This document shows positions 1-9,941 of a stretch of 64,000 bases of DNA, one piece after another. The notes below the pieces were generated by a model. That model was not told where the DNA came from. It made no database searches and saw nothing but the letters and a program-made list of their open reading frames with translations. Numbering within the stretch: position 1 is the stretch's first letter; the number at the start of each line of letters is the position of its first letter. A program made the position numbers and the translations under genes. The stretch is taken from positions 258,924-322,923 of the forward strand of contig CAVRHM010000002.1 in the NCBI GenBank assembly GCA_963721015.1, given 5' to 3'. Source of the DNA: an uncultured Chloroflexia bacterium. Lineage in GTDB: Bacteria > Chloroflexota > Limnocylindria > Limnocylindrales > CSP1-4.

Positions 1-1
1 G

Positions 2-1450
2 ACCCGCGGGGTGAAGCCCGATGTCGCCGAGCGGATCCGTCAGGCGGTCAGCGACGGCCGCCTCGTCGGGATCAGCCTGGAGCCGGAGCCGGTGCGGGTC
101 TACCCGCAGGTCGGTGGGGGGCCGGACTCGACCCTGGCCGCCCATCTCCTCGGCTTCGCCAATCGCGAGGGCGAAGGGCAGTACGGCGTCGAGCAGTTCT
201 ACCAGCCGCAGCTGGCCGGTGAGCCGCGGATCCTCGAGGCCCAGCGCGACCTGCGGGGGCGAGCGATGACCGAGACGGCCGAGGTCAAGCAGATCGGGAC
301 GGCGGGCCAGGACCTGCGCCTGACCATCGACGCGAGCCTCCAGCTGGCCCTGGAGCAGGAGCTCCTGGCCGCCTACATCGCGGACGATGCGAAGAGCGTC
401 TCGGCGGTCGTCCTAGACCCCTACACCGGTGAGGTCTACGCGGAGGCGACCTACCCGTCGTACGACGCCAATGACTACCGCGCCATCGCGGCCGAGGCCC
501 CGGAACGGTTCATCGACCCGGTCGTCTCGAGCGTCTACGAGCCGGGTTCCGTGTTCAAGATGATGACCGCGGCCGCGGCCCTCGAACGCGGGACGGTCAC
601 CCGCAAGACGAAGATCAAGGACGTCGGCACGCTTCGCCTGGACAAGGGCCAGGCCAAGATCGACAACGCCGACCGGACCGGGATGGGCTGGATCACGTTC
701 GAGGACGGGATCGCCTACTCACGCAACGTCGTCGCCGCCAAGGTCGCGATGGACCTCGGCAAGTCGACCGCCAAGTCGTCGGCGATCCTCTACGACATGT
801 GGCAGCGGCTGGGCTACGGCCAGAAGACGGACATCGACCTGGCCGGCGAAGTGGCCGGCATCGCCCGTGACCCGGGGCTCATCGACTGGCAGCAGATCGA
901 CCTGGCCAATGCCTCGTTCGGGCAGGGCGTGGCGGTCACCCCGATCCAGCTGGCGGCGTCGTACGCGGCCCTGTTCAACGGCGGGACGATGGTCCAGCCG
1001 CACGTCGTCCAGGCGGTCGGCGAGCACGAGCAGTCGTGGCCACCACGCGGCACGGTCATCGAGCCGATCGTGTCGAAGACGCTCCTGAAGATGGCCGACC
1101 ACGTCATCGACGAAGTGCCGTTCTACCGCGACCGCACCCGCGTCCCTGGCTACCACGTCGGCGGCAAGACCGGCACGGCCCAGATCTGGGACGCCAAGAA
1201 GAAGCGTTGGAAGCACAACCTCTTCAACTACTCGTTCGTCGGCTATATCGGGCGCGAGAAGGGCGCCCCCGACCTCGTCGTCGCCGTCCGGATCGAGGAG
1301 GGACGACCGTCCGTCGCACGGGTCGGCCACCTGGAGATGCCGGTCATGTCATTCGAGCTCTTCCGGCGCATCGCGACCAATGCGATCACGACCCCGGACC
1401 TCCTTCGCGAGCGGCCGACGTCGACCTCGAAGGGCGACGAGGAACGGTGA
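2..1450 (+). CDS. ftsI: Class B penicillin-binding protein, FtsI-type septal transpeptidase (5' end outside window)
   Basis: Frame is open to the window edge (track ORF 11..1450). Transpeptidase motifs SxxK (GSVFK), SxN (YSRN) and KTG (GKTGTA) are present. First gene of a dcw-type cluster; its TGA overlaps the next start (GTGA). Confidence 0.85.
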   Translation, partial: TRGVKPDVAERIRQAVSDGRLVGISLEPEPVRVYPQVGGGPDSTLAAHLLGFANREGEGQYGVEQFYQPQLAGEPRILEAQRDLRGRAMTETAEVKQIGTAGQDLRLTIDASLQLALEQELLAAYIADDAKSVSAVVLDPYTGEVYAEATYPSYDANDYRAIAAEAPERFIDPVVSSVYEPGSVFKMMTAAAALERGTVTRKTKIKDVGTLRLDKGQAKIDNADRTGMGWITFEDGIAYSRNVVAAKVAMDLGKSTAKSSAILYDMWQRLGYGQKTDIDLAGEVAGIARDPGLIDWQQIDLANASFGQGVAVTPIQLAASYAALFNGGTMVQPHVVQAVGEHEQSWPPRGTVIEPIVSKTLLKMADHVIDEVPFYRDRTRVPGYHVGGKTGTAQIWDAKKKRWKHNLFNYSFVGYIGREKGAPDLVVAVRIEEGRPSVARVGHLEMPVMSFELFRRIATNAITTPDLLRERPTSTSKGDEER

Positions 1451-2907
1451 CACCGCGCTATGCCACACTGGCCGGCGTGACCGACGTCGATCCGTCGACC
1501 CCGGCACCGGATGCGGCCGCGGCCTTGACCGCCGACGATCTCGTCCGCCTGAGCGGCGGCCGGCTCCTGGCCCGCTCCGGTCGCCCCATCCGCGGTGCCG
1601 CCGTCGACTCCCGGGCGATCGCCCCGGGCCAGCTGTTCATCGCCCTGCCGGGTGAGCGGACGGACGGCCACGCGCACCTCGACGACGCCGTCCGACGGGG
1701 CGCATCCGCCGTCCTCGTGACCCGTCCGCCGGCCGATCCGGCGGCCCTCGGCGATGTCACGGTCATCCGTGTCGCCGACGGCCTGACCGCGCTGGCCGCG
1801 ATCGCGACCGGCTGGCGCCGCCGCTTCGCCCCGCTCGTCGTCGGGATCACCGGGAGCATCGCCAAGACGAGCACCAAGGAGGCCGTCACGGCCGTCCTGG
1901 GCACGACCCGCCGGACGCTCAAGAGCGAGGGCAACCAGAACAACGAGGTCGGGCTCCCGCTGACGGTCCTGCGCCTGGGTCCGGAGCACGAAGCGGCCGT
2001 CCTCGAGATGGGCATGTACGTCGGCGGGGAGATCGCCGAGCTGGCCGCCATCGGGCGACCCGCCATCGGGGTCGTCACCGCTGTCCAGCCCGTCCACCTG
2101 TCGCGCATCGGCAGCCTCGAGGCGGTGGAGCGAGCCAAGGGCGAACTCGTCGAAGCCCTGCCGGCCGGGGGGACGGCCGTCCTGAACGGCGACGACCCGA
2201 TCGTGACCCGGATGGATTCGCGGACGGCGGCCCGGGTCCTGCGCTACGGCTTCGGCGAGTCGTCCGACGTCCGTGCCGAGGCGGTCACCTCGGCCGGGCT
2301 GGCCGGGATGGCCTTCCGCCTCCGATCGCCGGCCGGCGATCGCGACATCAGCATCCCGACCCTCGGCCGGCTGTCCGTCCACAACGCCCTGGCTGCGGCC
2401 GCGGTGGGCATCGCCGGCGACGTCCCGCTGGACCGGATCGCCGAGGGCCTGGCCGGCGGCTGGGCCGCGCCCCACCGGACCGAGGTCGTGCGGCTGCGCA
2501 GCGCGACGGTCATCGACGACTCGTACAACGCCTCGCCGGGCTCGGTGGAGGCGGCCCTGGACCTGCTGGCCGGCATCCCCGGCCGGCGCGTGGCGGTCCT
2601 CGGCGAGATGCTCGAGCTCGGGGAGGGCCACGAGGCGGGCCACCTGGCCGTCGGCGAGGCCGCCGCGGGTGTCGTCGACCTGCTCATCGTCGTCGGCGCC
2701 GACGCGGGCGGCATCGTCGAGGGCGCCCGGGCGGCCGGCCTGGATCCGGCCCACATCCATCACGTCGCCGACGCCGAGGCGGCCCTCGATGCGCTCCGCC
2801 CCCGGCTCCGCGATGACGACATCATCCTGGTCAAGGCGTCCCGCGGCATCGAGCTCGACCAGGTCGTCGACGCGCTGCGCGTCGAGCTGGGCGAGGCGGC
2901 CCGATGA
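1447..2907 (+). CDS. murF: UDP-N-acetylmuramoyl-tripeptide--D-alanyl-D-alanine ligase
   Basis: GTG 1447 overlaps the ftsI stop. This is the in-frame 3' part of track ORF 1036..2907. Mur-ligase signatures present (GITGSIAKTSTKE nucleotide loop, GERTDGH, DDSYNASP). Lies directly upstream of mraY. Confidence 0.8.
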   Translation: MTPRYATLAGVTDVDPSTPAPDAAAALTADDLVRLSGGRLLARSGRPIRGAAVDSRAIAPGQLFIALPGERTDGHAHLDDAVRRGASAVLVTRPPADPAALGDVTVIRVADGLTALAAIATGWRRRFAPLVVGITGSIAKTSTKEAVTAVLGTTRRTLKSEGNQNNEVGLPLTVLRLGPEHEAAVLEMGMYVGGEIAELAAIGRPAIGVVTAVQPVHLSRIGSLEAVERAKGELVEALPAGGTAVLNGDDPIVTRMDSRTAARVLRYGFGESSDVRAEAVTSAGLAGMAFRLRSPAGDRDISIPTLGRLSVHNALAAAAVGIAGDVPLDRIAEGLAGGWAAPHRTEVVRLRSATVIDDSYNASPGSVEAALDLLAGIPGRRVAVLGEMLELGEGHEAGHLAVGEAAAGVVDLLIVVGADAGGIVEGARAAGLDPAHIHHVADAEAALDALRPRLRDDDIILVKASRGIELDQVVDALRVELGEAAR

Positions 2908-3881
2908 CGGTCGAGCTCATCCAGGGCCTGCTCCTGACCTTCGCGCTCGTCGTCATCCTCATGCCGTCGTACATCCGGCTCCTGCAAGCCATCGGGTTCG
3001 GCAAGCGGATCCGCGAAGAAGGACCGGAGTCCCACTACGTCAAGGAAGGCACGCCGACGATGGGCGGCCTGCTCATCGTCCTCGTCGTCATCGGCGTGTA
3101 CTTCTTCCTGCGCGCTCCCGACGCGTCCACCTTCGCGCCGCTGGCCGCCCTGGCCGGCGTCGGGTTGCTGGGCGCCTTCGACGACTACCTCAACGCCCGG
3201 ACGGGGGAGGGGATCCGCGCCCGCCAGAAGCTCATCTGGCTGACCGTGGTCGCGTTCGTCGCGGCCTGGCAGATCCAGCAGACCTACGACATCACGGCCA
3301 TCGCGGTCCCGTTCGTCGGCGCGGTCGCCATCGACCCGTGGCTGTACGTGCTGTTCGGGGCGTTCGCGATCGTCGCCGCGTCGAACGGCGTGAACCTCAC
3401 CGACGGGCTCGACGGGTTGTCCGGCGGGACCGTCGCCATCGCGTTCGTGGCCTACATGCTCATCGCCCTGCTCAACGTCCCGAACCAGGCCAACCTGGCG
3501 CTGCTGTGCGCCCTGATCATCGGCGCGCTGCTCGGCTTCCTGTGGTTCAACGTCCACCCGGCCCAGATCTTCATCGGGGACTCGGGGGCCCTGTCGCTGG
3601 GGGCGACGCTGGCGGTCACGGCGCTCATCACCGGCCAGATCCTCGTCCTGCCCCTCATCGGCATCATCTTCGTCGTCGAGACGATGTCGGTGATCATCCA
3701 GGTCGCCTACTTCAAGGTCACTGGCGGCAAGCGCCTGTTCCGGTTCACCCCGCTCCACCATCACTTCGAGCTGGGCGGCTGGGACGAGGAGAAGATCACC
3801 GTCCGCTTCTGGATCGTCGGCATCCTGGCCGCCCTCCTCGGCGTGACCCTGTTCCTGGCCTCGCTGGATCGGCTGCAGTGA
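2904..3881 (+). CDS. mraY: Phospho-N-acetylmuramoyl-pentapeptide transferase
   Basis: Track ORF 2904..3881. Polytopic membrane protein with MraY-like motifs (TPTMGG, NGVNLTDGLDGL, FIGDSG). ATGA overlap with the murF stop. Confidence 0.95.
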   Translation: MTVELIQGLLLTFALVVILMPSYIRLLQAIGFGKRIREEGPESHYVKEGTPTMGGLLIVLVVIGVYFFLRAPDASTFAPLAALAGVGLLGAFDDYLNARTGEGIRARQKLIWLTVVAFVAAWQIQQTYDITAIAVPFVGAVAIDPWLYVLFGAFAIVAASNGVNLTDGLDGLSGGTVAIAFVAYMLIALLNVPNQANLALLCALIIGALLGFLWFNVHPAQIFIGDSGALSLGATLAVTALITGQILVLPLIGIIFVVETMSVIIQVAYFKVTGGKRLFRFTPLHHHFELGGWDEEKITVRFWIVGILAALLGVTLFLASLDRLQ

Positions 3882-5449
3882 CGGCGATGACGAGTCCGTC
3901 CACGACGCCGATCGACCCGGACGCCCTGACCATCGACGCGGTCCGGGCCGGCGGGTTGCGCGATCGCCCGGTCACCGTCCTGGGGTTCGCCCGGAGCGGC
4001 ATCGCCCTCGCCCGCTTCCTGGCCGATGCCGGGGCCCGGGTGACGATCTACGACGGACGCACGGCCGGCGAGCTCGGCGCGGCCATCGAGGCCCTCGCGG
4101 GTCGGCCGGTGACGCTGGCGCTCGGCCCCGACGTGGAGCCGGCCGCGACCTGGGCCGACGCGGCGCTCGTGACGACATCCCCGTCGATCAACCCCGACTA
4201 TCCGACGACCGAGCCGCGCCTGCGCGCGGCCCTAGAGGCGCTCCGCGCCGCCCGCACGGCCGGCGATCCGAGCGCGCCGGCCCTCGTGTCCGAGCCCGAC
4301 CTGTTCCTGCGGCTCTGTCCGGCCCCGACCATCGGGGTGACCGGCACCAAGGGCAAGACGACGACCGCCGCCCTGACCGCCGCCCTCCTCGCCGCCGATC
4401 CACGCCACCCGGTGGTCCTCGGTGGCAACATCGGCATCCCGATCGTGGAGCGGCTCGACGAGCTGACGCCGGACCACCGCGTCGTCTACGAGCTGTCCGA
4501 GCTGCAGCTGCCGACCCTGTCGCGTGGGACGACCGTCGCCGTCTACACCAACGTGACGTCCGACCACCTCGATCGGCACGGCTCGATCGAAGCGTACCGA
4601 CGGGTCAAGCGTCGCCTCGCCGAGCTGGTCGACCCGGATGGCGCGCTCGTCCTCAACGCCGAGGACCCGGTCGTCGCCGCCTACGCCGGCCTGGGCATCG
4701 CCCCGTCCGTGCTCTACCGGCGCGACCGACCGATGCCGGGCGGGCTGGGCGTCGTCGATGGCTGGATCGTCGCGGCCGGTGTGGAGCGCCTGCCGATCGC
4801 CGGCGGCGGCACCGCCGGCACGGGTCCGGGTGGCCGGATCATGCCCGTCGGCGAGCTGGCCATCCCGGGTGCCCACAACATCGCCAACACCCTGGCCGCC
4901 GTCGGGGCGGCCCTCCTGTTCGGACTGGCCCCGGACGCGATCCGGGCCGCGGCGGCCGCCTTCACCGGGGTCGAGCACCGGCTCGAGACCGTCGCGGTCA
5001 TCGGCGGCGTCCGCTACGTCAACGACTCGCAGGGGACCCAGCCGGACGCGGTCATCGCCGCGCTCCGCGCGTTCGACCCGCCCGTCGTCCTCATCGCCGG
5101 CGGCCGCGACAAGGGCGTCGACCTGAGCGCGTTGCCGCCGGTCGTCGCCGAGCGCGCCGCCGCCGCGGTCGTCATCGGCGAGAGCGGGCCGGACCTCGCC
5201 CGACGCTTCCGGGCGGCGGGGCTGACGACCGTCGCCGAGGCCGGCAGCCTGGACGACGCAGTCCGCGTCGCCGACGGGCTGGCCCGCGACGCCCGGACCG
5301 CCATCGGGCCATCGGCCGGACCGGCGACGGTCCTGCTCAGCCCGGCGGCCGCCAGCTTCGACATGTTCGCCGACTACGCCGCCCGCGGACGGGCGTTCAA
5401 GGCCGCCGTCGCGGGACTCGCCGCGGCCCGCCAGGGGAGGGACCGATGA
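3878..5449 (+). CDS. murD: UDP-N-acetylmuramoylalanine--D-glutamate ligase
   Basis: Start is GTG 3878 (GTGA overlap with the mraY stop) or ATG 3887. N-terminal Rossmann segment (VTVLGFARSGIA) and P-loop GVTGTKGKTTT. Only the last ~524 codons of track ORF 2273..5449 look protein-like. Confidence 0.9.
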   Translation: MTAMTSPSTTPIDPDALTIDAVRAGGLRDRPVTVLGFARSGIALARFLADAGARVTIYDGRTAGELGAAIEALAGRPVTLALGPDVEPAATWADAALVTTSPSINPDYPTTEPRLRAALEALRAARTAGDPSAPALVSEPDLFLRLCPAPTIGVTGTKGKTTTAALTAALLAADPRHPVVLGGNIGIPIVERLDELTPDHRVVYELSELQLPTLSRGTTVAVYTNVTSDHLDRHGSIEAYRRVKRRLAELVDPDGALVLNAEDPVVAAYAGLGIAPSVLYRRDRPMPGGLGVVDGWIVAAGVERLPIAGGGTAGTGPGGRIMPVGELAIPGAHNIANTLAAVGAALLFGLAPDAIRAAAAAFTGVEHRLETVAVIGGVRYVNDSQGTQPDAVIAALRAFDPPVVLIAGGRDKGVDLSALPPVVAERAAAAVVIGESGPDLARRFRAAGLTTVAEAGSLDDAVRVADGLARDARTAIGPSAGPATVLLSPAAASFDMFADYAARGRAFKAAVAGLAAARQGRDR

Positions 5450-6789
5450 ATCTCGCGCCGCCGATCCCGCGGTTCGGGCGCGGCCCGGCGCCGGACGCCG
5501 ACGAGACCCCGCTCGAGACCCAGGCCGTCCGGCGCACGGCCAACCGGTCGCCGGCCAAGGCGCCGACCCAGGTCCTCCAGCGCGAGCGTCACCAGCCCGA
5601 CTACCTCATCCTCGTGGCGGTCGTGGCGCTGACGGCCATCGGCATCCTCATGGTCTTCTCGTCGTCCGCGATGCGCGGGTATCTCGTCGAGGCGGATGCG
5701 TTCGCCACGGTCGGCCCGCAGATGCAGTGGGCGCTGCTGGGCATCGTCGCGATGCTCCTGACGATGCGCGTCGACTACCGCTACCTACGCCTGGTGTCCG
5801 TGCCGTTCTTCATCGTCGCGCTCGTGCTGCTCGTCCTCGTGCTGCTCCCGCCGATGGGCCCGATGCGGCCGATCGAGGTCGGCGGCTCGGCGCGCTGGCT
5901 GCAGGTCGGACCGCTCCCGGCCCTCCACCCGGCCGAGGTCGCCAAGCTCGCCCTGGTCATCTACCTGGCCCACATGTTCGCTCGTCGCGGGACCAAGGTC
6001 GGCGGCCTCTGGACCGGGACCGTCCCGTTCCTCATCGTCCTGGCCCCGGTCGCGTTCCTCGTCTTCCGCGAGCCCGACCTGGGCACGACCATCGTCCTGA
6101 CCCTGACCGGGTTCACGATGTTCTTCCTGGCCGGGGCGAACAGCATGCACCTGGCGGCGCTGGGCGGCGCGGCGTTCATCGCTGCGATCAGCCTCGGCCT
6201 GCGCGGCTATCAGATGGACCGCATCCGGGCCTGGCTGGATCCATGGTCGGACCAGCTCGGCACCGGCTTCCACACCGTCCAGGGCCTCCTCGCCCTGGGC
6301 GCCGGCGGGCTCGTCGGGCGCGGCCTGGGGCAGAGCCTGGTGACCGTGCCGAACGCGTTCAACGACTTCATCTTCGCCGAGGTCGGCCAGGAGTTCGGGC
6401 TCGTCGGGGCGGTCATCGTCATCGCGCTGTTCGGCGCCCTCGCGTACTCTGGCGTGCGGGTCGCGCTGGCGGCCCCGGACACCTTCGGAGCGTTGCTCGC
6501 CGCCGGGATCACCGGCTGGCTGTGCATCCAGGCGTTCATCAATATCGCCGTCGTCGTAACCCTCATCCCGATCACCGGGATCACGTTGCCATTCCTGAGC
6601 GCCGGGGGCTCGTCGCTCGTCATCAGCTTCGCGGCCGTCGGGATCCTCCTGTCGATCTCACGGGAGACCATCGAAAAGGGGACGTGGAACCAGGATGCGA
6701 CTGCTCATCGCGGGCGGCGGGACGGGCGGGCACATCTACCCGGCGCTGGCCGTCGCCCGGTCGCTGCGCGCTCGACCGGACGGCGTTGA
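5446..6789 (+). CDS. ftsW: SEDS-family peptidoglycan polymerase FtsW
   Basis: Track ORF 5446..6789. Multi-TM FtsW/RodA/SpoVE-like sequence in dcw position; ATGA overlap with murD. The last ~30 codons (R/G-rich) overlap murG. Confidence 0.85.
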   Translation: MNLAPPIPRFGRGPAPDADETPLETQAVRRTANRSPAKAPTQVLQRERHQPDYLILVAVVALTAIGILMVFSSSAMRGYLVEADAFATVGPQMQWALLGIVAMLLTMRVDYRYLRLVSVPFFIVALVLLVLVLLPPMGPMRPIEVGGSARWLQVGPLPALHPAEVAKLALVIYLAHMFARRGTKVGGLWTGTVPFLIVLAPVAFLVFREPDLGTTIVLTLTGFTMFFLAGANSMHLAALGGAAFIAAISLGLRGYQMDRIRAWLDPWSDQLGTGFHTVQGLLALGAGGLVGRGLGQSLVTVPNAFNDFIFAEVGQEFGLVGAVIVIALFGALAYSGVRVALAAPDTFGALLAAGITGWLCIQAFINIAVVVTLIPITGITLPFLSAGGSSLVISFAAVGILLSISRETIEKGTWNQDATAHRGRRDGRAHLPGAGRRPVAARSTGRR

Positions 6790-7855
6790 CCTCCGCTGGC
6801 TTGGCGGCCACCGCGGTCTGGAGACGAGCATCGTCCCGGCCGCGGGGATCCCGCTGCGCCGGCTGGCCCTGCGCTCGCTGCGGACGGTCGACCGCGACGT
6901 CCATGCCGTCCTCGACCCGATCCGACTGGCCGCGTCCGTCCCCCAGGCCGGCGCGATCCTGGCCGCCGAACGGCCGGCGGCGATCCTCACGACCGGTGGC
7001 TACGTCGCCGTCCCGGTCCTCCTGGCGGCCGCGCCGCTCGGCATCCCGGTCGTCCTGTGGGATGGCAACGTCATCCCCGGTCGCGCCGTCCGCATGACCG
7101 CGCGACTGGCCGACGTCCTGGCCGTCTCGTTCTCGGCGACCTGCACGGCCCTGGCCTCGGCGGCGCCCGGTCGACCGTGCTTCGTGACCGGCACGCCCAT
7201 CCGCGATACACGCGAGGTGGACCGAGAGGCGGCCCGACGGCGGTTGGCCATCCCCGACGGCGTCCGGGTGCTGCTCATCTTCGGCGGGTCGCAGGCCGTC
7301 CGGCGGTTCAACGCCGTCGTCGCCGAGGCGCTGCCTCGGCTCGTCGAGCGCGTCGCCGTCATCCACGTCACGGGCGACGACGGCTATGCCCCGGCGCTGG
7401 CCGGTCGCGAGGCGCTGCCGGCGGACCTCCGGATCCGCTACCAGCCGCATCCGTTCCTGCGCGACGACATGCTGACCGCGTTGGCCGCCGCGGACCTCGT
7501 CGTCGGGCGGGCCGGCTCATCCACCCTGGCCGAGGTGACCGCCCTGGGACTGCCGATGGTCGTCGTGCCCTACCCGCACGCGGCCGGCCACCAGCGGGCC
7601 AACGCCCGCGAGCTGGTCGACGCCGGCGCCGCCCGACTCGTCGACGACGCGGCCTTCGATGCCACGGCGCTCCTCGATGCCGCCGCGATCCTGGATGATC
7701 CGTCGACCCATATCGCGATGTCCGCGGCGGCTCGCGCCCTCGGGCGCCCGGGGGCCGCCGATGCGGTCGCCGACCTGGTCCTCGCCGCGGCCCGTCGGTC
7801 GGCCCTGCCGGACCCGGCGGCCGTCGAGCGGCGCTCCCGCGGCCTGGCCGAGTGA
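6695..7855 (+). CDS. murG: UDP-GlcNAc:lipid I N-acetylglucosaminyltransferase
   Basis: Track ORF 6695..7855. N-terminus is LLIAGGGTGGHIYPALAV, the typical GT28 MurG fold signature. Confidence 0.9.
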   Translation: MRLLIAGGGTGGHIYPALAVARSLRARPDGVDLRWLGGHRGLETSIVPAAGIPLRRLALRSLRTVDRDVHAVLDPIRLAASVPQAGAILAAERPAAILTTGGYVAVPVLLAAAPLGIPVVLWDGNVIPGRAVRMTARLADVLAVSFSATCTALASAAPGRPCFVTGTPIRDTREVDREAARRRLAIPDGVRVLLIFGGSQAVRRFNAVVAEALPRLVERVAVIHVTGDDGYAPALAGREALPADLRIRYQPHPFLRDDMLTALAAADLVVGRAGSSTLAEVTALGLPMVVVPYPHAAGHQRANARELVDAGAARLVDDAAFDATALLDAAAILDDPSTHIAMSAAARALGRPGAADAVADLVLAAARRSALPDPAAVERRSRGLAE

Positions 7856-8823
7856 CCGCCGTGGTCGCCTTCGATCCGCTGGCCATCGGCTCGGACATCC
7901 AGCGCCGGATCGGTGTCAAGACGTCGCGCGACGAGCCGCTGGCCCGGTTCACGACGATGCGCGTCGGTGGGCCGGCCGACCTGTATGCCGTGGCGCACAA
8001 CGCCTTCGAGCTGCGCGCCCTCGTCCGCTTCGCGCGCGCGCGCGACCTGCCGCACACGGTCCTCGGCCGGGGCAGCGACATCGTCATCAGCGATCGGGGT
8101 ATCCGCGGCCTGGTCATCGGCGTCCGAGCCGAGGGTTCCAAGGTGGACGGCACGCGCTACACGGCCGAAGCCGGCGTCCCGATGGCGCGCGCGGCGACGG
8201 AGACCCAGCGCGCCGGCCTGACCGGCCTCGAGTTCGGATTGGCCATCCCGGGCACGGTCGGCGGCGCCGTCTGGGCCAACGCCGGGGCCCACGAGGCCGA
8301 TATCGCGGGCGTCCTGGTCGAGGCCCGGGTGCTCCCGGCGGACGGCCCGGAGGTCGTCATCCCGGCCGCCGAGCTCGAGCTGAGCTACCGCGACTCCCGG
8401 TTCAAGCATCCGGGCGAGGACGCCGCACCCGGTGACGCGACCGACCTCATCGTCGACGCGACGTTCGACCTGGCCTCGGCCGACCCGGCGACGATCAAGG
8501 GTCGCCTCGATGACATCCGCCGCTGGCGGCAGGCCCACCAGCCGCTCGGCCTGCCCTCGGCCGGGAGCGTCTTCCGGAATCCGGCGGGCGACTCGGCCGG
8601 CCGGCTCATCGAGGCCGCCGGCCTGAAGGGCTACCGGATCGGCGGCGCGACCGTCTCCGAGAAGCACGCCAACTTCATCGTCAACGACCAGAAGGGCACG
8701 GCCGCCGACGTCCGGCGCGTCGCCGACCACGTCCGGTCGGTCGTCGCCGAGCAGTCCGGCGTCGAGCTCGTCCATGAGATCGTGTTCGTCGGCGACTGGG
8801 AGGGCTGGCCATGGCCGGCGTGA
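7852..8823 (+). CDS. murB: UDP-N-acetylenolpyruvoylglucosamine reductase
   Basis: Track ORF 7852..8823. FAD-binding segment TTMRVGGPADL, plus GSVFRNP and SEKHANFIVN motifs. GTGA overlap with murG. Confidence 0.9.
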   Translation: MTAVVAFDPLAIGSDIQRRIGVKTSRDEPLARFTTMRVGGPADLYAVAHNAFELRALVRFARARDLPHTVLGRGSDIVISDRGIRGLVIGVRAEGSKVDGTRYTAEAGVPMARAATETQRAGLTGLEFGLAIPGTVGGAVWANAGAHEADIAGVLVEARVLPADGPEVVIPAAELELSYRDSRFKHPGEDAAPGDATDLIVDATFDLASADPATIKGRLDDIRRWRQAHQPLGLPSAGSVFRNPAGDSAGRLIEAAGLKGYRIGGATVSEKHANFIVNDQKGTAADVRRVADHVRSVVAEQSGVELVHEIVFVGDWEGWPWPA

Positions 8824-9941
8824 CGGGCGCCCCGCGGGTCACGGTCATCTTCGGCGGGCCGTCGGCCGAGCACGACGTGAGCATCGTGTCGGGGACGGCC
8901 ATCGCCGAGGCCCTCCTGGATGCGGGGGGCCAGGTCGACCAGCTGTACCTGACCCTGGACCGACGCTGCTGGGCCCTGCCCGCCGACCACCGACGGGCCG
9001 GTCGGCCGGTGGCCATCTACGACGATCCGCCGGCCTTGGGGGCGACCGGCCCGCGATCCGTCCTCGAGGCGGTCGACGCCCTCGGCTCCGCGCCGGATGG
9101 GCCGGTCCCGGCGTTCGTCGCGCTGCACGGCCCGTTCGGGGAGGACGGGACGATCCAGGCCCTCCTCGAGGCGGCCGGTGTCCCGTACACCGGATCCGGC
9201 GTCGCGGCCTCCGCGCTCGGGATGGACAAGGCGCTGTTCAAGCGGATGTGCCGCGGACTCGGGCTGCCGGTCGTCGACTGGCGGGAGATCCGGGCCGACC
9301 GCTGGGCCCGCGATCGGGCCGCCGTCCACGGCGAGCTCGTGGCGTTCGCCGCCGGGACCGGCGACCCACGATTGATGATCAAGCCGGCCCGCCTGGGGAG
9401 CAGCGTCGGGATGACCCTGGCCCACTCGGACGCCGAGCTCGACGGCGCGCTGGACCACGCCTTCCGCTATGACGACCTGGCCCTGGCCGAGGCCTACCTG
9501 GCCGACGCGCGCGACCTCGAGGTGTCGGTCATCGGCAACGACCCGGCCGCCCTCGAGATCCATGGGCCGGGCGAGATCGTCAGCGGCCATGAGTTCTACG
9601 ACTACGACGCGAAGTACGTGCCCGGTCTGTCCGAGACCTCGACCCACGCCGAGGTCAGCGACCTCCAGCGCACGACCCTCCACAAGCTGTCGCGCGACGT
9701 CTACCGGGCCATCGGCGCCGAGGGCTTCGCCCGCATCGACTTCCTCGTCGCCGGCGAGCGCATCGTCGTGTCCGAGATCAACACGATCCCTGGGTTCACG
9801 CCGATCAGCCTGTTCCCGACGATGCCGTCGGCGGCCGGCTACACCTTCGTCGACGTGGTCCGGCGCCTCATCGACCTGGCCCTGGAACGTCATGCCGCTC
9901 GCCCGGCGGTCGCGCTCCGGACCGAGGACCTGCCGCGATGA
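8811..9941 (+). CDS. ddl: D-alanine--D-alanine ligase
   Basis: Track ORF 8811..9941. ATP-grasp protein with VIFGGPSAEHDVS at the N-terminus and SEINTIPGFT near the C-terminus. Confidence 0.9.
   Translation: MAGVTGAPRVTVIFGGPSAEHDVSIVSGTAIAEALLDAGGQVDQLYLTLDRRCWALPADHRRAGRPVAIYDDPPALGATGPRSVLEAVDALGSAPDGPVPAFVALHGPFGEDGTIQALLEAAGVPYTGSGVAASALGMDKALFKRMCRGLGLPVVDWREIRADRWARDRAAVHGELVAFAAGTGDPRLMIKPARLGSSVGMTLAHSDAELDGALDHAFRYDDLALAEAYLADARDLEVSVIGNDPAALEIHGPGEIVSGHEFYDYDAKYVPGLSETSTHAEVSDLQRTTLHKLSRDVYRAIGAEGFARIDFLVAGERIVVSEINTIPGFTPISLFPTMPSAAGYTFVDVVRRLIDLALERHAARPAVALRTEDLPR

Noticed and set aside
1243-2763. Long ORFs antisense or out of frame to conserved genes. Examples: 1243..2763 (-, 506 aa), 8631..9893 (-), 20566..22536 (-, 656 aa), 42027..43841 (-, 604 aa), 48819..51347 (-, 842 aa), 60433..61779 (+).
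   Set aside because: Their translations are Arg/Gly/Pro/Ala/Asp-rich with no recognisable motifs, and each is fully overlapped by a strongly conserved gene in another frame or strand. These are the typical shadow ORFs of very GC-rich DNA.
2273-5449. 1058-aa ORF spanning murF, mraY and murD coordinates.
   Set aside because: Only the last ~524 codons (from 3878) are MurD-like. The upstream part is an out-of-frame read-through of murF/mraY with low-complexity composition.
6695-6789. 95-nt overlap between the ftsW 3' end and the murG 5' end.
   Set aside because: The overlapping ftsW tail is R/G-rich and unlike FtsW C-termini, so it may just be a late stop in GC-rich sequence. No alternative earlier stop is visible in any frame, so I cannot argue for an indel either. 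Low information value.
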